DNA from: Eledone cirrhosa
Lineage: Eukaryota
NCBI GenBank assembly: GCA_964016885.1
Contig: OZ024743.1
Location: 71,548,001 to 71,612,000 of the forward strand
Reading direction: 5' to 3'
Length of the DNA: 64,000 nt
Shown here: positions 1 through 12,171 of the stretch, piece after piece
Numbering within the stretch: the stretch's first letter is position 1
How the letters are laid out: every line of letters starts with the position of its first letter
The notes under the pieces: model-generated
Told to the model about the DNA's origin: nothing
The model's input: the letters and a program-made list of their open reading frames with translations, nothing else
Databases searched by the model: none
Translations under genes and position numbers: made by a program

Positions 1-110
1 GTTGTTGTTGTTGTTGTTCTACTTCTTCTTCTTCCTGAGAAGATCATGGGAACAGAGTCCTCAAACACTCTTTCCAGCAGGTCCTGCCAGACGCAACCGA
101 CTCTACTTAA

Positions 111-329
111 CCCTTTAGCATTTAAACCGGCCATATCCGGCCAGAATTCTCTCACTTCTTTCTGTTCAAACCGGCTATAACAGGCCATTCATACTTATGT
201 TAAGGTATTTTTCTCAAAATATATAATATCAAAATCTCATAAATTCGATATTATGTGAAATAAATATAAGATAAAGCCTTTACTGTGAAACTATAATAGT
301 AAATTTAGAGTAATGTAAATACTAAAGGG
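111..329. mobile_element. piggyBac-type MITE (non-autonomous DNA transposon)
   Basis: TTAA at 107-110 and 330-333 flanks 14-bp terminal inverted repeats CCCTTTAGCATTTA (111-124) and TAAATACTAAAGGG (316-329), with 1 mismatch; no ORF inside. Confidence 0.8.
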
Positions 330-501
330 TTAATCTAGCTGGATCCCCAAATAAGACTAGCCGTGGCCATGGATGTTATCTGACTACTTTACTCGGTGTC
401 TACACCTCGGTCACCCACCGATTGGTTTTACCCTTAACTATGCGTTGTGCACTTCAAATTTTAAGTTTAATTACCCACTGTGTTTATTATGATACACCAA
501 A

Positions 502-1490
502 GGGCGGTGGATTGGCAGTATCTGTAGAGGGTCGGACCCCATGCTAGGGCGGTGGATTGGCAGTATCAGTAGAGGGTCGGACCCCATGCTAGGGCGGTGG
601 ATTAGCAGTATCAGTAGAGGGTCGGACCCCATGCTAGGGCGGTGGATTAGCAGTATCTGTAGAGGGTCGGACACCATGCTAGGGCGGTGGATTGGCAGTA
701 TCGGTAGAGGGTAGGACCCCATGCTAGGGCGGTGGATTGGCAGTATCAGTAGAGGGTCGGACACCATGCTAGGGCGGTGGATTGGCAGTATCGGTAGAGG
801 GTAGGACACCATGCTAGGGCGGTGGATTAGCAGTATCTGTAGAGGGTCGGACACCATGCTAGGGCGGTGGATTGGCAGTATCGGTAGAGGGTCGAACACC
901 ATGCTAGGGCGGTGATTGGCAGTATCGGTAGAGGGTAGGACACCATGCTAGGGCGGTGGATTGGCAGTATCGGTAGAGGGTCGAACACCATGCTAGGGCG
1001 GTGGATTGGCAGTATCGGTAGAGGGTAGGACACCATGCTAGGGCGGTGGATTGGCAGTATCGGTAGAGGGTCGGACACCATGCTAGGGCGGTGGATTGGC
1101 AGTATCGATAGAGGGTCGAACACCATGCTAGGGCGGTGGATTGGCAGTATCTGTAGAGGGTAGGACACCATGCTAGGGCGGTGGATTGGCAGTATCGGTA
1201 GAGGGTAGGACACCATGCTAGGGCGGTGGATTGGCAGTATCGGTAGAGGGTCGGACACCATGCTAGGGCGGTGGATTGGCAGTATCTGTAGAGGGTCGAA
1301 CACCATGCTAGGGCGGTTGATTGGCAATATCGGTAGAGGGTCGGACACCATGCTAGGGCGGTGGATTGGCAGTATCGGTAGAGGGTCGGACACCATGCTA
1401 GGGCGGTTGATTGGCAATATCGGTAGAGGGTCGGACGCCATGCTAGGGCGGTGGATTAGCAGTATCGTTAGAGGGTCGGACACCATGCTT
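502..1490 (+). repeat. 45-bp minisatellite (22 units) made from the 5' head of a tRNA-derived SINE
   Basis: Unit GGGCGGTGGATTGGCAGTATCGGTAGAGGGTCGGACACCATGCTA recurs every 45 bp (one unit has a 1-bp deletion near 914); the same sequence is the head of single SINE copies at 41117 and 55992. Confidence 0.95.
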
Positions 1491-1658
1491 TGCAGCATAG
1501 AGTTACGGCTCTTTATGATCTGAGTTCAAATCCCGCCGAGGTTAACTTTGCCTTTCATCCTTATGGGGTCGATAAAATAAAGTACCAGTCAAGCACTTGG
1601 GTCGATTTAATCGACCCCCCCCCCCCCCCCCCCCCCCTTGTGCCTATATAAGAAACCA
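1446..1658 (+). mobile_element. tRNA-derived SINE, family A (Meta-domain-like centre)
   Basis: A-box-like TGGCAGTATCGG, B-box GAGTTCAAATCC at 1522, central CTTTGCCTTTCATCCTTATGGGGTCGATAAAATAAAGTACC; many copies in the window. Confidence 0.85.
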
Positions 1659-1894
1659 CTATGATAGACCAATGTAAATTATGATACACCAGCGAAATCG
1701 GCAGCTTCTTAGCTTTTCCAAGTTAGAAATATGGTAGAAAATAAACCTCCAGTTAAAATTCCTAAGTCAAATTCAAGTCAAAATTTAAACAACCTGTAAT
1801 GTCTCAAATATGTAAAAAGAAATATCAAACCGTTCAACACACATTCTCTTCTTTATCAGATAATCTTTCCTTTATGTTAACATATTCTTTAGAA

Positions 1895-2035
1895 ATCTAT
1901 GCATTCGGATAAACTGTTTAGCGGTATTCATTCCGGTTCTCTGCTCTCTTAGTTGAAATCCCGCCGAGGTCAACTTTGCCTTTTATCAATTCGGGGTCGA
2001 TATTAGAGCTACCAGCCAAGTACTGGGGTCGATTC
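1895..2035 (+). mobile_element. degenerate family A SINE
   Basis: GTTGAAATCCCGCCGAGGTCAACTTTGCC...GGGGTCGAT core. Confidence 0.65.
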
Positions 2036-2574
2036 TTCCTCTATATCTCTTTCTCACTGCCATCCTCTCACTCCCTCTATCATTCTCTGAAAGAAATCTA
2101 CTATATTCAGATCTAGAGAAGAGATGGGCTCCGCTGGGTTTAAAAATGCCGGAGAAATGCCGTATTAAGATACGGCACCTCTATGATACCCACGGGATTT
2201 ACGTGACCATACATGCATGCTTTGAAAAACTTAAATCTGTTGCGACATAAATATATATTGTTTAATTAATTCGACGGTAGTACAACACGCTTTATGGTAT
2301 TTATTACGGCTTTCATTACTCTAAATTCGAATCCAACCAGACTTTCATCTCTTTGTGGAAGATGAAATGACCAGTCTAGGGTTAGTTGATTGGGGAAGTT
2401 ACCAGTGAGTAGTACCTGAGGACTTGGAGAATTAGTCTCGGCTCTACACCTGCTGATTTCTGTGTAAGAATCTCGGTATACTAGATAATTTCCGTCGTCC
2501 AGTATACAAGTGCCAACAGGCCCTTAGTTACATTTAGTGAACTTCACAGATCTGCAAGCATTACACCACCACCC

Positions 2575-3477
<903 letters not shown>

Positions 3478-3478
<1 letters not shown>

Positions 3479-4317
3479 TAATATCCGATGTTGCAAATGT
3501 CATGTCGCACTCATTATCCCCACCACCATCAACAAACACATCGCCATACATCCACAACTATCAACACCACCAACACATTCCCCGCCCAGACATTCGGCCA
3601 TGTGCCATGGACAAAAACTACCTCGAACTCAACATAGGGATAATCACCAATACCTTACCACATCATCTCTCATTTCAGTACCATTGTTTTTCTGTCATAT
3701 TTTAACTTGTAACCCATTGTAACATTTGATCCTGTAAATATCATGTCGCACCCATCAGCCCCACCACCACACCAAACACATCACTATACATCCAGAACCA
3801 TACCTAACACCCCACCTCAAACACCGCAACCTTTCATCTAGCCTCATAAACCGCACCACCACCATCACACCCCACAAACAAATCAGCCCAACTACATGCC
3901 AAACCGTCTAGTGACAATCAGCACCACTACACCACCACCGTTTCAACCTCACCCCCCACCCAGCCCCACATTCACTGCAGGCAAAAACATCTCTCTGAAT
4001 TAACCCACCAATCAAAACAAATTTCACTGACCACCAGACTTTCTCATACGCCATGTATAATCATTTTTTCGTTACCATTCTAAGGGGTCTGACGAGCCGT
4101 GGATTACAATTACAGAGTCAGGCTAGATCGATACAGATCGAACCTTGAGCTGATAAGTGGTGAAAGGCGTCTCACCAACCAACAAACGTAATGAAGGAGT
4201 AACCAATTGTCCTTGTTTTATTTGACTCTGTCTAGCTCTACCCCTCCATACAGAAGTGAACCTAAACATCGAGTGCTCACCCGGCTGAACCTACAGTAAC
4301 TCCAAGTTACACCTCGT

Positions 4318-4318
<1 letters not shown>
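3478..4318 (+). mobile_element. probable Penelope-like 3'UTR/pLTR remnant with a degenerate hammerhead motif
   Basis: Bounded by TA runs; internal partial duplication (about 3490-3560 vs 3735-3800); CTGACGA at 4089 and GAAAGGCGTC at 4162 (cf. GAAACGCGTC). Confidence 0.4.
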
Positions 4319-4367
<49 letters not shown>

Positions 4368-4369
4368 AA

Positions 4370-4441
<72 letters not shown>

Positions 4442-4636
4442 AAGTGTGTATATGTAGAAATATCCGTGTGAAGAGGTCAATAGGGAAGAGAGCTGATATA
4501 TTATGTTATTTATTTATGTTAATACACTGATCAAAAGCGCCTGATCCCTCATACATTCTATAAATATTTGAATATCGGGCCTTGAAACCTTAGGAGCAAT
4601 TTTGTTCCTTGTATGGACAACAATAAATAATAAAAC

Positions 4637-4708
<72 letters not shown>

Positions 4709-4920
4709 CTTTATTTACCATAAAGGCATAAAAAGAAGGGACAAATACAAAGGGGGAGTTTACATATAATCGAGTAAAAAGGGTGTAACATGAAAATAAT
4801 CGAAAATAACCTCAAAAGGGAGGGGACGTGATGGGGGTTGCACACACCCCCGAAAAAGTGTGCAATCCTTTGCCCGGGGAGCACATGGAGAAGGTGCTCC
4901 CCTCTCCTTTACTTCTTTAC

Positions 4921-7900
4921 CTACAGGATGGTATACAGAGAAGGCCCATTTACACGAGCCATTCTCGCCACTATCACCCACCTTTCATAAAACTGCCTGT
5001 GGCCAAGCACCTCTCTCTCCATTCTTATCCTTCTTCCGAAGTGATATCGGAAGAAGTAGACCAGACTATGGCCAGAGAGGAAGTTGCCTGACCTCAGACC
5101 TTTCAATCGTGTCCACCAAACAACCTCTTTCAACATGGCTATTACGCACAGAAAAACCGCCTTTGCTTCCTTTGTGAAGAGGGGAGGCGGTTTGATTGTC
5201 ATCACGGACTCGGCGGTCAATTTAATCGGCGCCACCCGCGACAGCAGTTGTTCGGCGTAGCCCCACAGATCAGCCACGCCAGGACATTGCACCAATGCGT
5301 GCGCCACGGTTTCTTCGTGACGCACGCATCTAGGGCAAATCTTTTTTGAGGGATCCCTGCCCGGGCGCCCGTGTCTGTAGAGCCTCTCTCGAACGGGTAG
5401 AGCCCCTCGGTAGCACTGCCAGGCCAGTGACTTCTGGAAGTTGTCCATTGGTCCTGGGCCGAAAGTCCTACCGAACAGGCTGGCCAGTTCGTCTTCCTCC
5501 ATGTCCAGCGACTCTCCAAGGGTGTCATCGCCCCTGCTAGCCACCAGCCCTCTATAGAATGATGAGGTGGATTCTCCACCGATGGCCCGGCCCGCTTGCC
5601 AGAGAGCCCTGAGCGCCTGAGCACACTCAGTGTGCCAGTCTCCCAGTTTTCCGGATCTTTGCTTGACCCAGGACTGTAGCTCGGTGAGTGAGACGAGTCT
5701 CGGAAAGGCTCGTTTCACGAACGGAGCCCACACCGGTTGACCAGTGAGGAATACCTGTAGGTGCCGTAGCCTTAATGCGTGCCTACGCATCATCAACCAC
5801 GGCATCCCCAGCCCTCCTTTCGAAGGTTGTTGGCAGCAGATGGATCTTCTCACCATAGGAGGACGCTTCTTCCAAAGAAATTGGAAGAGCATGCGTTCCA
5901 TGGTGGTGAGTGTTTCCTTAGGGCAAGGCACGACAGTCAGGCGGTAGTAAGTGACGGACGCTATGTAAATGTTCGCCACCTCCGCCCGGCCTTTTAGGGA
6001 CAGCTTACACTTGGCCCATTTCTGGGTTAGTGTAAACACCTTGTTCGTAACCTCGTTCCAGTTCTTTTCCACCTGGAGGTCCGGTCCAAACCAGACCCCA
6101 AGCAACTTTACCGGGCCTTCCGTCCAGTGTCCGACGACACCGTCAGGAGGCATCGGTCTGCCTCTCCACGTTCCGAGTTGCAGCCCGATGGATTTTTCCC
6201 GGTTCAGTTTCGCTCCTGACAACCTTTCGTACTCCTCCAGTAAGGTACCGATCGCCTCGATCTCCGAGTCGGTTGATACCATTACTGTTACGTCATCGGC
6301 GTAGGCCGACACCGCTTTGCTCAATCCTGGTTCCAGGGGGATACCCTGCAACAACTCCAACTTCCTCAGTAAAGGCTCGAGAGTCAATACGTACAGAAGG
6401 GAGGAGAGAGGGCACCCCTGTCGAATGGATCGTGTGATTTCGAACGGCTTCGAAAGGTAGCCGTTCACCTTGATCCTAGAACAGATGTGGTTGCTATGTA
6501 GGGCAGTGATCCAGCCTCTGAAAACAGGACCGAACCCAGCCGCCGCTAGCACCGCATCCAGGTAACCATGGTCGACCCTATCGAAGGCCTTAGACTGATC
6601 CAAGTTGATCAGGGCCCCACCGAAGCCGGGTTTGTTGCCAACCCTCTCTATGATGTATCGCATGAGGTGGAGGTTATCGTGAATGGACCTGGATGGGATA
6701 GCACATGTCTGCGCATCTCCCACCAGGCCACCCACGACAAGCGCCAACCTCTTTGCTAACACCTTGGCCAAAATCTTTAACTCTGTGTTTAGCAGGGTTA
6801 TGGGCCGAAAATTATTTATACTATCCCCCTTGTTCTCGTCCTTCCTCACCAGCGTGACTACGCCCTTGGCTACAGAACAAGGAATTCTCCCGTTCTGCTG
6901 CCAATTGCAGTAGACCGCTTCGAGGAGTTCGGAGAAGAAGACCGGCATTGCTAAATAAAGTTCGTAAGGTATACCATCGAGACCTGGAGATTTGCGTCTG
7001 CTGCATTGGCTCAGCGCATCTCCGATCTCATCAGCCGAGATTGGTCCCTCGCAGGACTCTGCCTCTTTGTTCGAGAGACGCGGCAGGCCGTCGAGGTATG
7101 GACCGAAATCCACGCCCCGGCCCGGACCCTCGCCTCCCCCGAACAATCGGGCAAAGTGCTTTTGAAAGGCCTCGCACATCTGCTTAGGCTCCCGGATCAC
7201 TCGTCCATCTTCGTCTTGCAACGACCGGATGGTGGATCGATTTCCACTTTTAGCTTCTGTCACGCGGGCCCATCCAACGGCTTTGGCCCCCTCATTACCT
7301 AGAGCACGTATTTTACTTCGAATGACGCAGCCTTCATGCTTTGCATCGAAAAACTGGTTCAAGGCCGTTCTCGATGCCAGCACTCTGGCCACATCTTCGC
7401 TCTTGATTGCCTCTTCTAATTTACCTGTTAATTCTTTCTCGTTTCTATTCCTATTGGCAGCTAACATCTTGCTATAACTTATTGATTCTGTTCTAATCTC
7501 TCTTTTGAGAGATGCCCACCATCGGTTGTTGACGATTGCACCCGCCAACCTCTCCTTAACTAATCTGCTAATCCGGTTTCTGTAAGTCTCTTTTGCCGGT
7601 AAAGACAAATTAAGTTTCCAGTAACCGGGACCCTGTCTATGTGTTTTCTCGAGATTGACCACGCAGGTCACTAATTTGTGATCCGTGTAGCCAACCGTGC
7701 GCATTTCTGGACAGCTTAATATGTCCCTATCCTTACTTCTAACTAAGAATCTATCTAAGTACGATCTAGATTGACCACTGTGGTTTCTCCAAGTCCAGGT
7801 AGGCACAGTTGGAAAATCTAGTCGATATCTATCGACCAAGTTAAAACGGTCGAGTAACCCCTTGAGGCTGTTACACCCCCCTCTATTAGGACATGCTCCT

Positions 7901-8358
7901 GCATAGTCCCAACGTGCATCCAGGATGTCATTCCAATCCCCCGCTAGAAGCAGGGAACGCGACGTTCCCAGAAAAGTCTCCAAACGCTGGAAGAAGTCGG
8001 GCCGTTCAGCTCCGAAAGGGGAGTAGACGGCGACCAGTCTCAAGGCCGCACTTTCACTACTGCCAACGTCTAGCACCAACAAACGACCCTCCGGGTCCGA
8101 GTGCACAACCTGTACGGCAAGACCCAGGTGTTTTTGCAGCAGCACGACAACCCCACCCCCACCTCCAGGTTGACAGAGAGATGCATGCACCTCAAAGTCA
8201 TCGAAGGTGGGGGCCAGCTGCCGCATGACGCTGATTCGAGTCTCACAGATAACCATTACATTTATACTACATGACCTGAGGTCATTTAGAAGCTTTGTTT
8301 GCTTCCAAGTTGAGCCCAGGCCACGTGCATTCAAACATCCTACTCTTAACACATCCAT
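4921..8358 (-). CDS. LINE ORF2: APE endonuclease, reverse transcriptase and C-terminal CCHC zinc finger (1145 aa)
   Basis: CLNARGL, LAGDWN, SYLDRF, TDH (endonuclease); GPGYWKLN (Tx1-like); LDQSKAFDRV, RQGCPLS, AYADD (RT); CPRC..ETVAHALVQC. Confidence 0.95.
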   Translation of the reverse strand: MDVLRVGCLNARGLGSTWKQTKLLNDLRSCSINVMVICETRISVMRQLAPTFDDFEVHASLCQPGGGGGVVVLLQKHLGLAVQVVHSDPEGRLLVLDVGSSESAALRLVAVYSPFGAERPDFFQRLETFLGTSRSLLLAGDWNDILDARWDYAGACPNRGGCNSLKGLLDRFNLVDRYRLDFPTVPTWTWRNHSGQSRSYLDRFLVRSKDRDILSCPEMRTVGYTDHKLVTCVVNLEKTHRQGPGYWKLNLSLPAKETYRNRISRLVKERLAGAIVNNRWWASLKREIRTESISYSKMLAANRNRNEKELTGKLEEAIKSEDVARVLASRTALNQFFDAKHEGCVIRSKIRALGNEGAKAVGWARVTEAKSGNRSTIRSLQDEDGRVIREPKQMCEAFQKHFARLFGGGEGPGRGVDFGPYLDGLPRLSNKEAESCEGPISADEIGDALSQCSRRKSPGLDGIPYELYLAMPVFFSELLEAVYCNWQQNGRIPCSVAKGVVTLVRKDENKGDSINNFRPITLLNTELKILAKVLAKRLALVVGGLVGDAQTCAIPSRSIHDNLHLMRYIIERVGNKPGFGGALINLDQSKAFDRVDHGYLDAVLAAAGFGPVFRGWITALHSNHICSRIKVNGYLSKPFEITRSIRQGCPLSSLLYVLTLEPLLRKLELLQGIPLEPGLSKAVSAYADDVTVMVSTDSEIEAIGTLLEEYERLSGAKLNREKSIGLQLGTWRGRPMPPDGVVGHWTEGPVKLLGVWFGPDLQVEKNWNEVTNKVFTLTQKWAKCKLSLKGRAEVANIYIASVTYYRLTVVPCPKETLTTMERMLFQFLWKKRPPMVRRSICCQQPSKGGLGMPWLMMRRHALRLRHLQVFLTGQPVWAPFVKRAFPRLVSLTELQSWVKQRSGKLGDWHTECAQALRALWQAGRAIGGESTSSFYRGLVASRGDDTLGESLDMEEDELASLFGRTFGPGPMDNFQKSLAWQCYRGALPVRERLYRHGRPGRDPSKKICPRCVRHEETVAHALVQCPGVADLWGYAEQLLSRVAPIKLTAESVMTIKPPPLFTKEAKAVFLCVIAMLKEVVWWTRLKGLRSGNFLSGHSLVYFFRYHFGRRIRMEREVLGHRQFYERWVIVARMARVNGPSLYTIL

Positions 8359-8391
8359 GTGGGCGGCAGAGCCAAAGGAGAGTGTAGAGAC

Positions 8392-10080
8392 CTACCTTTC
8401 CGCTTCCCGGGGTTCGGGTTGCACGACTTCCATGGGGTCGGGGGTGTTGGGTGAAGGGGTGTCTTGTGGTGGTGTGGGGTCGTCGGTGTGTGGTGGGGTT
8501 GGGGTGTTTGGAGTTGTGTTGGGGAGGGGAAGGGGAGGGGGAAAGCTTTTTAGTAGGACGCGGTTTATGGGTTTGACAAAGGGTGGTCCTACGTCCTCCT
8601 TAAAATCCTTTTTTAGTTTTTGGTAGAGGTTCATTGGGATTTTTATTAGTTTTAATTGTGGGTGGTTTTCTGATGAAACAAAGTTTACACCTTCGGTTTG
8701 TACCGAAGGATTATTGTATATGAGTTCATTTAATTTATTATTGTTTCTGTTGATGTAAGTATAGTGTAATGTCTTTTTTTCCGATGGTGTGAGTGTTTCG
8801 AAGAGGGGAGGGGCAGGTTTGGTTTTGTTTGTTGCTGGAGGGGTGTTTTCTGTTTTGTTAGATTGTGTTGCGATTTGGGTGGGGGTTGTTTGTCCTTGTG
8901 TGTTTTGCACATGTTTTCTTTTTTTCCTTTTAATCTGTCTGAAGGACTCCGTTTCTTCCTCCGAATTCGTTGGGTTATCTTCAGTGTTGGAGGGAAGAGG
9001 TATGTTTGCTGGTAATGTTTCCGTGTTGGTTTTCTTTGTGGGGGAGATGGATGTCACTATGTTAGACTGTGTTGTGTGTTGTGTCTGCGGTGGTTGTGTT
9101 GTTTTATTGAGTGAGAGGTTGGGTGGGCCTGTATTTTGTTTTGGGGTAATGTGTTGTGACTGTTTGTGTTGTGGTGGTGTTGTGGTGTTACTGAGGGACG
9201 GGTTGGGTGGGACTGAGTTTTGTTGTTTGTTTATCTGTTGTGGTGGTGGTGGTGGAGCTGGTGTTGGTAGCAGGGTTTTCTTTTTGTTGAGTTGGGGACA
9301 AGCGGCCTTCAGGTGCCCTCTGCCTGCACAGATATGGCAGGACGGCCTTCTCCCCTCCACGCTAATGTTTATATACCCGTGGTCCTCTAATAGGATTCTG
9401 TCGGGTATTTGGGCGATGCGTTCAGGCTTCATTTGTACTACCAGCTCTATACCTGTTCCACTGAACGCATTGCCTGTGGTTTTCCCAATGGAAATCACGT
9501 TGTCATTCACTGGATCGATGAAGCCAGCTATGAGCCAGCAGTAGTCCACATCTGGCATCATTGCATCCAGCCATATGCGTTGAGTTTTTTTTCCCATATA
9601 AGATGGATAAAAGGTGAAATTTTTCGAACGAATCGGTGACAAAGCACATTTTTTTGCCGCCGATTCGTTCTTCATGATAATTGCTAGGCTTCCATACAGT
9701 CTGTCTTTTCTTATGAAAGTTGTTTCATTCAGTACTTCTGCGAGTACTGTTTTGATATCTGCTTGAGAAGGCTGTTCAGGTTTTTTTGTACTGTTGTTGA
9801 TGGTCCGAAACTTGACCGTTCGGCTTTCAATGTCTTTCGTGAATTCTTGAGGCATTTTTACCAATAAAATACCATTCTCACCTTCACTTATGTATTGTTT
9901 TGCGTCCGTGATCCTTCGTACCACATCTGAAATGTTTTCCGCTATATAAGTCAAAGATTTCTTTGTTTTCTGTGCAAATGAAATCTTGTCGTCTGCTTTG
10001 TTTTCTGATATGATGTTATTTTCAACTGTTATTTTTTTGTTTGTTGTGTCTTTGTTTGTGTTATTAGTATTGTCATGCAA
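8392..10080 (-). CDS. LINE ORF1: gag-like nucleic-acid-binding protein with a CCHC zinc knuckle (562 aa)
   Basis: CHICAGRGHLKAAC knuckle, Pro/Thr/Gln-rich tail, basic KRKKRK; lies directly upstream of ORF2. Confidence 0.85.
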   Translation of the reverse strand: MHDNTNNTNKDTTNKKITVENNIISENKADDKISFAQKTKKSLTYIAENISDVVRRITDAKQYISEGENGILLVKMPQEFTKDIESRTVKFRTINNSTKKPEQPSQADIKTVLAEVLNETTFIRKDRLYGSLAIIMKNESAAKKCALSPIRSKNFTFYPSYMGKKTQRIWLDAMMPDVDYCWLIAGFIDPVNDNVISIGKTTGNAFSGTGIELVVQMKPERIAQIPDRILLEDHGYINISVEGRRPSCHICAGRGHLKAACPQLNKKKTLLPTPAPPPPPQQINKQQNSVPPNPSLSNTTTPPQHKQSQHITPKQNTGPPNLSLNKTTQPPQTQHTTQSNIVTSISPTKKTNTETLPANIPLPSNTEDNPTNSEEETESFRQIKRKKRKHVQNTQGQTTPTQIATQSNKTENTPPATNKTKPAPPLFETLTPSEKKTLHYTYINRNNNKLNELIYNNPSVQTEGVNFVSSENHPQLKLIKIPMNLYQKLKKDFKEDVGPPFVKPINRVLLKSFPPPLPLPNTTPNTPTPPHTDDPTPPQDTPSPNTPDPMEVVQPEPREAER

Positions 10081-10549
10081 TTTTTCAAATTTTTTTTTTC
10101 GTTGTTTTCGTCATTTAATTTTTTTTCCGCAGATTCGTCCGTTTTTATTTTCATTTTTCCTTCCTTCTCTATGACGTTAGTTGGGAAGGAAGGGAGGACT
10201 AAAGCGTGCGAGCTTACAACTCTTACCGCTGTCCCCCCACCACTATTTTCGTTCGCTGCGTTTAACATTTCTGTTAGACGATTGAAAGTTTTTACACAAA
10301 ATTTTTTAAAACAGGTTTTTCACCTCTAGGAGGGGTAAAGATGAGCTGACCCACCGCCTGACAGTTCAGACGGAGGGTCAAGCTACACAATTGTATCAAA
10401 ATTAAGTTTGAACTCACAAAATTTCCTCAATAAATTTGAACAAAACTTCTGTGCGAAGTGAATGACATCCACACTGTAGAACAGACGACAGCTAGATTGA
10501 TATATATATATATATAGATAGATAGATAGATAGATAGATATAGATATAG

Positions 10550-10664
<115 letters not shown>

Positions 10665-12171
10665 CATAAATCATTTTATGGTAATATTAATTTTATGTCA
10701 CGACACTCAGATAATTTTTTCTTTAATAAATTGTGAAATATTTAGTACCACTCAAACGTTCAATGTAGTTGAATGTACTGACAGTTATTGTAAAAGATTA
10801 CTTTATCTAACCATGCATTTCTATAATACTAACATGGTTAATGACTCACAGCATAAATCACTGGCAGCTAATAGAAACTCTTAAACAACGATGATCTAAT
10901 CATTCGAGGTGCCAGTTCGGTTAGCTTTTCTTTGTCGATACTGTTGGCAGGTTTCGCATAATTAAATGTACTTTATGAGAAAATCGAAGACATCTTGATG
11001 TAATATTTTTCCTTCTCCCTTTCTATATATCACCTCCCTTCCTACTTGCTTCTTCCTCCTTCTCAAATGCTGCATTGTTTTATTAAATTGCAACATTGAC
11101 TATAGAAATTCGAAGGGTCACTAGATGACATTTTAAAATGTCAAATTCTTTAAAGAAATTCCATTATGCAGCGAGAATGTACTCTACGATATGTTTTTCA
11201 TCTTACAGATATTTCAACACAGGACTAGTATTTAGAATAAATGGAATGGTATTCTTTAAGCAAAAGTTTTATTTCCAATTCACTATGTAAACACGGTACA
11301 TTTCATGAAATAATCGGGGTTTCAGGATATTGCTAGAGAGATTAAACCCCCAAAATGTTTGATTTATAATCAAGGCATAAAGTTAGCAAAGTTTGATTTA
11401 ATGAACCAGAGTACTTGATTGGTACTTTATTTTATAGAAACTGGAAAGATGGAGGGCAAATAAATTAAAGAGCTAGAACAAATACAGCAGTAGCCTGTTA
11501 TTTAATGGTTATACCAATATTGCCAATCTACCAGTCTTAAGAGACTATTGAGGACTAAATAGGACTATCGATGTAGTATTCAACTTACAGTAATTATTGT
11601 AGGATACCAGTAATTAACTCATGATATCAGGCTTAAATGTATGTCTGACATATTTGCTGGACACTTACAATTGACTGCGCTGCAATTTCCGTCGTTGTGG
11701 CATATCTTTGTAAAATAGTAAAATGTTAGTTCCGATTATATATAACTAGAGAGTTATCTAGCTCTAAGAAGACCTGAATACTTGGGAGGTGTTGAAGTGA
11801 GTATTGTAAGATAATAACACTAGTTTTATGGAGCAGACCAGGTTTATTGTATTGGTGTATTGGATCCTCAGCTATTTACAGTGTGGGCTGTAAGTCACGA
11901 ACCAACGCATTAAAAATGATTTAGTATACATGTACATTGTATTGTATTAATAACAAAAATATTATTGAAATAACAACGGTATCATTTTCATCATCCGATA
12001 ATCTGGGATTTTAAAGTACTGACTGAGTCCGAGGGTGGACATTTGTACGACAGCTCACACTTGATCATTCCTCTAACTCTGTTTTGTCCAGGGAGATAGA
12101 GATAATCCACAACACAAAAAGCGGTTGTAATTAAATTAAGCGATAATTCAGTTGTTTGATATTACAGTTAA

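Larger units (their letters stand above)
4706..10497 (-). mobile_element. apparently full-length L1/Tx1-clade non-LTR retrotransposon
   Basis: Two uninterrupted ORFs; 3'UTR ends in AATAAAGAA and runs directly into (TA)n at 4706; 5' boundary placed approximately at the next microsatellite. Confidence 0.9.

Noticed and set aside
471-1523. Repetitive ORFs (143, 223 and 102 aa) and a CRISPR-like periodic array
   Set aside because: Head-to-tail 45-bp units with no unique spacers; the ORFs are translations of a SINE-derived minisatellite
8789-9544. 251-aa antisense ORF inside LINE ORF1 and other shadow ORFs
   Set aside because: Result of strand compositional bias opposite a real ORF; no recognisable motifs
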